Below are positions 9,477 to 15,482 of a DNA stretch of 33,764 nucleotides, piece after piece. Under the pieces are notes generated by a model, which ran no database searches, had not been told where the DNA came from, and saw only the letters and a list, made by a program, of their open reading frames with translations. Source of the stretch: a virus (Duplodnaviria > Caudoviricetes); IMG/VR virus record IMGVR_UViG_3300048670_000723, positions 1 through 33,764 of that record; one strand, given 5' to 3'. Every line of letters begins with the position of its first letter. The first letter of the stretch is position 1. The position numbers and the translations under genes are program-made.

Positions 9477-9620
9477 ATGAAGGCAAAGCTGATTCAGCTG
9501 GTTAGTTGGTTGCGGGCATTAGTGCCAGTGATTCTTCGCTATATTCCTGGTCTCGCCGCATGGTCTGCTGTCATCTATGTTATTATTGATTTTGTGCTGT
9601 GGGTACTGCGGCACTTTTAA
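9477..9620 (+). CDS. Small membrane protein (holin/antiholin candidate)
   Basis: 47 aa from ATG 9477 after AGGCGGGG. Amphipathic N-terminal helix plus hydrophobic LAAWSAVIYVIIDFVLWVL. Confidence 0.55.
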   Translation: MKAKLIQLVSWLRALVPVILRYIPGLAAWSAVIYVIIDFVLWVLRHF

Positions 9621-9636
9621 CAAAAGGGAGTTTGTT

Positions 9637-9894
9637 ATGGCTGATGTTAACGAATCTGTAGAACTTATTGAAGGTCTAGGCGCATTGTCAAAAGCTGTTG
9701 TTGCTTTACTTAAAGACGGCCCACAGCCATCTGACTTGATTGCGCTGATCAAAGAGGTTCTCGAAAAGAATAGCGAACTGAACGCTAAACTGCTTGCTGC
9801 TTTTGTTGGCATTGCTGCTGTGCCTGGTGAGCTTGGAGACTTGGACTTGTTTGAGATTATCAAGCTTGGACAGGAAATAATCGAAGAAGTCTAA
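9637..9894 (+). CDS. Small acidic amphipathic helical protein
   Basis: 85 aa MADVNESVELIEGLGAL... from ATG 9637 with AAGGGAG RBS. Confidence 0.7.
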   Translation: MADVNESVELIEGLGALSKAVVALLKDGPQPSDLIALIKEVLEKNSELNAKLLAAFVGIAAVPGELGDLDLFEIIKLGQEIIEEV

Positions 9895-9895
9895 T

Positions 9896-10183
9896 CTAAC
9901 GCGGCTTCCTGAGCCGCTCAATCTCTGCCTCTAACTTGTCTAGTCGCTTCTCTTGTACTTGAATAGTTACATTGATGACTTTGGACTGTGAGCTGAGCTC
10001 AAAGACGTTCGCAGACAGCTGTTTGATCTCGCTGTTCATTGATTGCAAAGAAGACACGGCAACCGCTAACAGTATTGTACAGGCACCGCACAGCGCTTTG
10101 ATGACGAGATCGCTGATCCAGTCGATGTTTGATCGCGTGCTGCCTTCCACTACCGTTACTCCCTGCCGTGCCGTCCAAAGCAT
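9896..10183 (-). CDS. Single-TM coiled-coil lysis accessory protein (holin or i-spanin-like)
   Basis: TM segment LVIKALCGACTILLAVAV followed by a heptad coiled coil. Last gene of the endolysin cassette. Confidence 0.5.
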   Translation of the reverse strand: MLWTARQGVTVVEGSTRSNIDWISDLVIKALCGACTILLAVAVSSLQSMNSEIKQLSANVFELSSQSKVINVTIQVQEKRLDKLEAEIERLRKPR

Positions 10184-10194
10184 ATCATAGATCC

Positions 10195-10605
10195 TTACTC
10201 GGCAGTAAAAATCTTACCGTCAAAGATAGTGATAGTCCTTGAGTAATTCTTTGCTTTCAGCGTGCGTTTACCTAAGCCACTGAATCCCGGAACGATGACT
10301 TGCATGCATTCTTTCCCATTGCCGAACGTGCCAATTTTTGCGCCGTCTACAGTCAAGGCAACGTTGAACTCGAACGGTTCGCATAGGGTAACAGTAAAAG
10401 GAGTGTTCACTAACGCAAAGTCAGGAGCATAGAAAACCGTTGGCCGGGGCTCTGGAGTTGGAGACGGCGTAGGGCATGGGGTCGGAGTCGGAGACGGTGA
10501 GGCCGTTGGTTTAGGAGAAGGCGTAGGGTCGACCGGCTTACCCGTGCACGTTGAAAGGATAGCGCCAAGAAAGCTCAAGATTGCTAGAAATGTTTCCATT
10601 ACCAT
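10195..10605 (-). CDS. Putative lipoprotein with Pro/Thr/Ser linker
   Basis: Hydrophobic signal ending in LSTC, then PTPSPKPTASPSPTPTPCPTPSPTPEP and a small beta domain. Overlaps the endolysin stop. Confidence 0.55.
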   Translation of the reverse strand: MVMETFLAILSFLGAILSTCTGKPVDPTPSPKPTASPSPTPTPCPTPSPTPEPRPTVFYAPDFALVNTPFTVTLCEPFEFNVALTVDGAKIGTFGNGKECMQVIVPGFSGLGKRTLKAKNYSRTITIFDGKIFTAE

Positions 10606-11525
10606 GCCACCTTTAATATTTTAGGATCATGCTTGCGGAGTGCTGCTACAAGTCTTTTCAGTTCACTGATATTTGGGATAACTACGCAACCGGCAGAGCC
10701 GGGTGATGTGCTGGCGTTGGAGTCAAGGTGAATGCCGAACGCCGAACGGTCATCAGCAAAGTTTGCAGGAAGTGGAATCCAAACAGGTCCAAGGCCTGGT
10801 CCCCATGATGCATCGTAATTATCTTTGCCTGATGCCCACTCAATATTGCCAATGCGGTAATCACCAAAAGGGATGGGCTCCATGCAGCCAGGTACTGAGC
10901 GCGGGTGATTTGGCTTACGGAATGACTGTGCATAAGGTTGCCCTGAAACGCATTCAAAAAGTTCGCCCCCGAATTCCAATGCAAGAATTTCTAGTCCATT
11001 GCCGCGCTTTTTGCCTGTTCTCTTAAGAGTCGCAACATCACTGCCCAATTTACCTTCTCCTGTTATTCCATCCCAAAGATCTGTTTCTGCCTTGCGGCGC
11101 CTAACGAGACCTGGCATGACGCGACCATCTCCGCCCTTGTTGTACTGCGGCATGGTACGCCTAAAGTCTGCAATGGCTCCAGATTGTAGCCTAGTTATTT
11201 GGCGTGTGTTGGGTCCGGTGTTGTAGACAAAGGAGACAGCTGCATCAAATTGATTCTGATTGAGCTTGTTAGTGGCGCCAGTAATAAATTTAGCATAACG
11301 GGCGATATTGGCTTGTAGCTCTTGCTCTGCCTCTTCTGCTGTCAGTGTGTCCCCGAGCATAACGGCAGATCGGCCATATTTGGCAACACCTGCGCTAAGG
11401 TAGTTGGTTGTTCCCCAGCCTATGGTGATAGGTAGGCCATCCACTGAGCCAGGATCACGGTAGGCCTTGAGGCTAAGGCCCTCAAATGATTTGATTAGGT
11501 CGATGCATTGCTGTGATGGTTTCAT
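10599..11525 (-). CDS. Endolysin: GH24 phage lysozyme fused to an L,D-transpeptidase-like domain
   Basis: IKSFEG..KAYRD..ITIGWG, NQNQFDAAVSFVYNTG and GLVRRRKAE (GH24 motifs). C-terminal FGIH..PGSAGCVV (YkuD-type His/Cys motif). Confidence 0.88.
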   Translation of the reverse strand: MKPSQQCIDLIKSFEGLSLKAYRDPGSVDGLPITIGWGTTNYLSAGVAKYGRSAVMLGDTLTAEEAEQELQANIARYAKFITGATNKLNQNQFDAAVSFVYNTGPNTRQITRLQSGAIADFRRTMPQYNKGGDGRVMPGLVRRRKAETDLWDGITGEGKLGSDVATLKRTGKKRGNGLEILALEFGGELFECVSGQPYAQSFRKPNHPRSVPGCMEPIPFGDYRIGNIEWASGKDNYDASWGPGLGPVWIPLPANFADDRSAFGIHLDSNASTSPGSAGCVVIPNISELKRLVAALRKHDPKILKVAW

Positions 11526-11546
11526 ATGCCCTGAAGTTTAGGGCAT
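11526..11546 (-). promoter_or_regulatory. Hairpin immediately 5' of the endolysin start codon
   Basis: mRNA sense ATGCCCT-AAACTTC-AGGGCAT followed directly by ATG; perfect 7-bp stem. Confidence 0.55.
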
Positions 11547-11572
11547 TAGGGGAGCGGGGTCAATTCGACGGA

Positions 11573-11788
11573 TTATTGACCATAGGGTTTTGGTTGAAAA
11601 TGCTGCTGCACATTGCGCTGAACTTGTAGCGCATTTTGATATCTGGCAGCAGCAAGCATTTGCTCATTCTGAACGCATTGATGCCAGTTGCCGTCTCTTT
11701 GGGCGTGATATTGATCACAAATCTGGGCATATGACATCGTGTGACAACCAACGAAAAACAAAGAAGTTACAATAATGATCGCTCGCAT
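11573..11788 (-). CDS. Small lipoprotein
   Basis: MRAIIIVTSLFFVGC signal with lipobox. GGAG RBS upstream of ATG 11788; 71 aa. Confidence 0.7.
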   Translation of the reverse strand: MRAIIIVTSLFFVGCHTMSYAQICDQYHAQRDGNWHQCVQNEQMLAAARYQNALQVQRNVQQHFQPKPYGQ

Positions 11789-11976
11789 TGTATTTGCTCC
11801 AGTCTTTTGATTAGCCATTGGGGAATTCTCCTTTTTCCTGTTTCAAAGTCCTTGTAACTGTCTCGCCTGATGCCTATTGCAAAGGCTAGCTCTTTTTGAG
11901 TCATGCCGATCCGGAGTCGGATAGTCTTTAGATCCTCTTGAGTGTCAGCACCTCGTAACCTGTTATTTTCTCGCAT
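11767..11976 (-). CDS. XRE/Cro-family helix-turn-helix regulator
   Basis: LKTIRLRIGMTQKELAFAIGIRRDSYKDFETGKRRIP is a textbook HTH_3 pattern. Confidence 0.85.
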   Translation of the reverse strand: MRENNRLRGADTQEDLKTIRLRIGMTQKELAFAIGIRRDSYKDFETGKRRIPQWLIKRLEQIQCERSLL

Positions 11977-12191
11977 TCTTTCACCTTGTCTCCGAGCGCT
12001 TTGGTAACTAGTTCTTTGTCTAAGTCAATGCGGGTACGTTGGACGTATGAGACTTTGAACTCACCGATCACATGCTCTCCCATTGGTATCTCTGACTTAA
12101 TTTGCCGCTTAATGAGGTCAGCTTGCTTAGTCATCTCGTTGATTTGATTCTGGAGGTCGCTGTATTGCTTGAGGATGGATTCGCTAATCAT
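11928..12191 (-). CDS. Hypothetical early protein (coiled coil plus small beta domain)
   Basis: 87 aa, strong AAAGGAG RBS. First gene after the sigma-28-like promoter. Confidence 0.75.
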   Translation of the reverse strand: MISESILKQYSDLQNQINEMTKQADLIKRQIKSEIPMGEHVIGEFKVSYVQRTRIDLDKELVTKALGDKVKECEKITGYEVLTLKRI

Positions 12192-12245
12192 GATATTTCT
12201 CCTTTGCAGGGGTTACTGAGCAGCTTACTGCTTGCTCATATTCTC

Positions 12246-12272
12246 TTTACGGCATTCTAGCGGGAAACTTTA
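12246..12272 (-). promoter_or_regulatory. Sigma-28 (FliA)-type promoter
   Basis: Minus strand TAAAGTTT-N11(CCCGCTAGAAT)-GCCGTAAA versus consensus TAAAGTTT-N11-GCCGATAA. Intergenic and correctly oriented. Confidence 0.72.
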
Positions 12273-12297
12273 GCACTATTTGCTAAAGATAATGTAA

Positions 12298-12459
12298 CTA
12301 CCCGTTATTGCGCTTCTTTATCCACGTTGAATACTCAATAGCCGCTTTCAGCTGTCGCATTGCTGCCGTCTCTGCTCTTGCGTGCGCGTATTCTGAGGCT
12401 ATCCAGAAGCCTATGATCCCAAGAGCCATAAAGGCCAATAGGCCGATAATCCATATCAT
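12298..12459 (-). CDS. Small single-TM membrane protein (53 aa)
   Basis: Not in the ORF track. MIWIIGLLAFMALGIIGFWIASEYAHARAETAAMRQLKAAIEYSTWIKKRNNG; TAATG overlap with the exonuclease stop. Confidence 0.65.
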   Translation of the reverse strand: MIWIIGLLAFMALGIIGFWIASEYAHARAETAAMRQLKAAIEYSTWIKKRNNG

Positions 12460-13178
12460 TATATCCCCTTGTGCTTGCGGTACTTGTCTAGCGCTATATT
12501 CATTGCTCGCTTACCGAAGCCAAAATCCTCATCACACAGCGGCTCTACAACCACCCTGTAAGGAGCCGCCGACTCGATCCAGATAATAGCTGTTTTGTCA
12601 TGGTCTTCAAAGGCAGCATAATGAGCCAACTGAGCGTGGTAGGCATTCTCATACTTGATGGACTGAATACGATGGATATCGCTTACCGTTTTAAGGTCAA
12701 TAACTGTGCCCCTAGTTAGCCAGTCAAGCTTGCCTTTGCATTCTATGCCACCCCTAACCGCCCAACGCTCGAGCTCTACGTCTGAAGGCATTGGCATGGG
12801 TAGCTGAGCTTCGACAAGAGCAAAAAAGAAGTTCTTACGAATCTGACTGATTGCCCAATGATGCTCGTGGCGCATGATAAAGTGATCAGGGGTCGCTAGC
12901 TGAGCTTCTGCCTCTGCTTTGATATCTCTGCCAGCTTTAAGGGTGAAATTGGAACAGTAAGGCATTACAACGGCTAGAGTGTCATATCTGTCTGGTTCTA
13001 ATAGGGCCAGGTGTACAGCTGTCCCAAAGGCTGCAGCTGGAGAAGGGTCTTTCTGTAGCCACGGGGGCAAGCCGCCAGCCTCTTTTAGCTTGCGCTCAAA
13101 AAGCCACGCCTCATAGTCTGTCACCATGCCCCTGATATCGGTGCCGCCGAGGGCTAGGGATTGTCTGTAGTCACTCAT
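12459..13178 (-). CDS. RecE/exonuclease VIII-like PD-(D/E)XK nuclease
   Basis: PSPAAAFGTAVHLALLEP, CKGKLDW, IDLKT and YHAQLAHY motifs. Confidence 0.85.
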   Translation of the reverse strand: MSDYRQSLALGGTDIRGMVTDYEAWLFERKLKEAGGLPPWLQKDPSPAAAFGTAVHLALLEPDRYDTLAVVMPYCSNFTLKAGRDIKAEAEAQLATPDHFIMRHEHHWAISQIRKNFFFALVEAQLPMPMPSDVELERWAVRGGIECKGKLDWLTRGTVIDLKTVSDIHRIQSIKYENAYHAQLAHYAAFEDHDKTAIIWIESAAPYRVVVEPLCDEDFGFGKRAMNIALDKYRKHKGI

Positions 13179-13408
13179 GCCGCTTTCCCCGGTAGTGCTC
13201 GCTTCAAGAAGGCGTGTGAATACTTAGTCTTGATCTTGAAGTCAGGATCGATCATGTAGCAGTTGCCGTGCTTCCTGATGCCCTCAATCTTGCCTGCTTC
13301 TATCCATCTCAGCATCGTCTGAAAATGGACACCTACGGCATCTGCTGCCTGTTGGGTTGTCAGATACTTTGATTTTGCTGTGTCATCTTTGATCTTCTTT
13401 AGTTTCAT
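13175..13408 (-). CDS. Excisionase-like (HTH_17/MerR-type) DNA-binding protein
   Basis: YLTTQQAADAVGVHFQTMLRWIEAGKIEGIRKHG..YMI. Confidence 0.85.
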   Translation of the reverse strand: MKLKKIKDDTAKSKYLTTQQAADAVGVHFQTMLRWIEAGKIEGIRKHGNCYMIDPDFKIKTKYSHAFLKRALPGKAA

Positions 13409-13411
13409 ACG

Positions 13412-13948
13412 TTACCCGAACTTAGGTTTAACAGGCTTTGCGAGTGGCTTCGCTTTCTTTTTTGGAGCTTCGCCTGGCATCTCCTTATCATGTAAGTGAG
13501 CGCCTTCGGTAGTCCAAAAATCCTTAGCGTCAACATAGATCTTATCATTGTAAGTGCGCTGACCGGTGAGAGCGAAGACGGTCTGACCGATGAACTGATG
13601 AGCGAGGTCCGAACGGTCGGCATAGTCATCGGGTACTTCATCATCGGCAGCATAGACTTGTGCAGCATAGCCAATCTTGTCCATGTTCTTCTGTCCAATA
13701 TCAAGAGCAACTGGATTGTAGCTATCAGACTCAACCGGAAAGCGTGCCCAAACTCTTGAACGATTGAAGTCGCTGCTGTCGTCATCCACTTGCAGGGTCA
13801 TGACGAACTGCTTGCACTTCTCGTTCTCTTCGTACTCGCTTTCGGTAATAGTGAACTTATGGACACCGTCAGGGAGTGGAGGATAGACCTTTTTCTCGCC
13901 CGGTTTCTTTACGAATGTGTCGCCTGTCTTGTTGCTGCTGAATCCCAT
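13412..13948 (-). CDS. Single-stranded DNA-binding protein (DUF669-like)
   Basis: YPPLPDGVHKFTITESE N-terminal motif, flexible C-terminus ending PKFG. Directly follows Sak4; ATG 13948 has an AAGGGA RBS. Confidence 0.75.
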   Translation of the reverse strand: MGFSSNKTGDTFVKKPGEKKVYPPLPDGVHKFTITESEYEENEKCKQFVMTLQVDDDSSDFNRSRVWARFPVESDSYNPVALDIGQKNMDKIGYAAQVYAADDEVPDDYADRSDLAHQFIGQTVFALTGQRTYNDKIYVDAKDFWTTEGAHLHDKEMPGEAPKKKAKPLAKPVKPKFG

Positions 13949-13959
13949 TATCGCTTCCC

Positions 13960-14649
13960 TTATAGTAGTTGTTCCCAAAACTTAGCATCTGGATTCTCGA
14001 TGGACTCTGGTAGGTTCCATCTTGACTTAGCTGTATACTGCGGTCTGTCTTTGGTCAATAGAACCCTGCTGCCGTTGCCTATCACCTTGTCATCTTTAAC
14101 AAGCGACTTTTGCTTGAGAAAGAAGCAACCATCGATGTGACTAAGAATGTCCACATGAATATCTTTGTGGCAGTCAAAAGAAAACTGATCATAGGTTTCT
14201 TGCGTAATCGCGTCTTTTGCTTCCCTTAGTTTCTGATGCGCAATGAGGAGAATATTCTTACCCGCATCACGAAACTGATTGAGTTCAGTCAATAGCTTTT
14301 TAAACGCCGTTATCCATTGGCCGCTCGATTGGCCGTACCCCTTAGCATAGATGCTAGGCCAACCCATCTCTGCACACATGCGCAACTGATGCTTGGTTTC
14401 AAGGCTGGTAAGGCTATCAATGATGAGGGTATCAAATGAATCCATATTGTCTGAAAGCGTGTTTAGAGCTTCCTTGATGGTGACATCTGGCCCCGGCTGG
14501 TAGCGAGCCACATCTAAATAGCTAGTGCCCTTCTCTAGGTCTAGGAAGACGCTGTTAGGGATGAGTGAAGCTAGGGTTGTCTTGCCTACGCCTGGCTGAC
14601 CGTAGAGTATTGCATAATAGGGTCGCTTCTGTTTGCCTTTGGTGATCAT
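13960..14649 (-). CDS. Sak4-like (AAA_24) single-strand annealing ATPase
   Basis: LYGQPGVGKTT Walker A, FLDLEKGT, LIIDSLT Walker B, LLIAH, YTAKSRW. Confidence 0.9.
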   Translation of the reverse strand: MITKGKQKRPYYAILYGQPGVGKTTLASLIPNSVFLDLEKGTSYLDVARYQPGPDVTIKEALNTLSDNMDSFDTLIIDSLTSLETKHQLRMCAEMGWPSIYAKGYGQSSGQWITAFKKLLTELNQFRDAGKNILLIAHQKLREAKDAITQETYDQFSFDCHKDIHVDILSHIDGCFFLKQKSLVKDDKVIGNGSRVLLTKDRPQYTAKSRWNLPESIENPDAKFWEQLL

Positions 14650-14966
14650 TTGATTCCTTTCAATGCATGGATAAGTTCGACGATTTCATCAATTGAGCCT
14701 CTGAGTGTTAAGCCGTTAATAGTGAGAGTCACTTTGCCCCATGACATTCCTTGTTGCATCTCTTTAAGATCCTTGACTGCATCAAGAAGAACGGACGCTG
14801 GCTCTTTGGTTAGCTTCTCAACCCGTGTTTGCGCATCTTCTCTGCCGATGCAGTCTGATAAGGCTCTGTACCAAAAGTAAGTCTTGACTAGAGTGGAGTT
14901 TGATACTTTCCCTTTGCCCTTCCAAAGATCCTCTAGTTTCCATTGCATTTCTAATAGTGTCTGCAT
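14646..14966 (-). CDS. Hypothetical protein, first gene of the recombination operon
   Basis: 106 aa, TAAGGA RBS, ATGA coupling to Sak4. Confidence 0.7.
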   Translation of the reverse strand: MQTLLEMQWKLEDLWKGKGKVSNSTLVKTYFWYRALSDCIGREDAQTRVEKLTKEPASVLLDAVKDLKEMQQGMSWGKVTLTINGLTLRGSIDEIVELIHALKGIK

Positions 14967-14974
14967 CGCTTTTC

Positions 14975-15022
14975 CTTATCACATTGCTAGTGACGTATAG
15001 CATGGTGATAAGAGAGGGTCAA
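14975..15022 (-). promoter_or_regulatory. Sigma-70-like promoter with overlapping inverted-repeat operator
   Basis: Minus strand TTGACC-17-TATACG with extended TG. Inverted repeat CTTATCAC (14975-14982) / GTGATAAG (15005-15012). Confidence 0.6.
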
Positions 15023-15027
15023 GGGAT

Positions 15028-15056
15028 TTGACAGAGTTGTTTGAGTGTGGCAGTAT
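15028..15056 (+). promoter_or_regulatory. Sigma-70-like promoter pointing into the non-coding region
   Basis: Perfect TTGACA (15028-15033), 17 nt, CAGTAT (15051-15056) with extended TG. Confidence 0.5.
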
Positions 15057-15071
15057 GGGGATACCCCAGAT

Positions 15072-15096
15072 ACGACCGACCGACGACCGACCGACG
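15072..15096. repeat. Tandem 11-mer ACGACCGACCG x2 plus ACG
   Basis: Read directly from the sequence. Confidence 0.9.
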
Positions 15097-15142
15097 GAGC
15101 CCGGAAAACAAAATACAGATTACAATTTGATGATTCTTTGTT

Positions 15143-15163
15143 GCGGCTTTTTGCCGCTTCTTT
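15143..15163 (+). terminator. Terminator-like hairpin
   Basis: GCGGC-TTTTT-GCCGC followed by TTCTTT. Confidence 0.4.
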
Positions 15164-15354
15164 CCGTTATTGCCGACGCCGCTGATGCCCCCCAGAATAC
15201 TCCCTTCCCTCTGAGCCTCTCTCAAGAGCCCGGAGGGGGGGTCTAGTCAAGAGCGCTATAAAGTAAAGCAGTGCTAGAGCCCAGTCCTGGCTCCAGAGCG
15301 AGATCCGAGGGAGTGAGTGTCTGGGGGGAGTTGATTTGCTTCTTAATGTTGCAT

Positions 15355-15475
15355 ACGGCACGGGACGGCACGTCCCGTCATAGTGGATGAGCTTCACCAT
15401 GTATACTGTATATAATACCCTCCTCTATAGGGTACGAATTCAACAAGTGTGACGTGACGTGACGCCGTGCCGTGA
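15355..15475. other. Putative replication origin: inverted pentamer arrays flanking an AT-rich core
   Basis: ACGGC ACGGG ACGGC ACGTC CCGTC (15355-15379) and inverted GTGAC GTGAC GTGAC GCCGTGCCGTGA (15449-15475). Core GTATACTGTATATAATA. Adjacent to the helicase stop codon. Confidence 0.6.
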
Positions 15476-15482
15476 TGATTAA

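Larger units (their letters stand above)
15063..15335 (+). ncRNA. Candidate structured non-coding RNA
   Basis: Nested long-range stems between 15188 and 15328 with G-U pairs that work only on the plus strand. Lies downstream of a promoter; no credible ORF. Confidence 0.42.

Noticed and set aside
11928-11976. Programmed frameshift fusing the 87 aa protein to the HTH
   Set aside because: No slippery heptamer was seen, and the HTH ORF has its own ATG with an AAGGTG RBS.
13175-13408. Excisionase-like gene as evidence of a temperate, integrating lifestyle
   Set aside because: No tyrosine or serine integrase or att site was recognised, and HTH_17 proteins often act as plain regulators.
15028-15400. 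ORFs 15028-15246 (+), 15019-15225 (-) and 15167-15400 (-)
   Set aside because: No RBS or recognisable motifs. The 15028 TTG start is the -35 box, and the translations simply reflect the DNA repeats and stems.
15072-15475. Short repeats as a possible CRISPR or mini-array
   Set aside because: Units are 5-11 bp with no regular unique spacers, and no cas genes are present.
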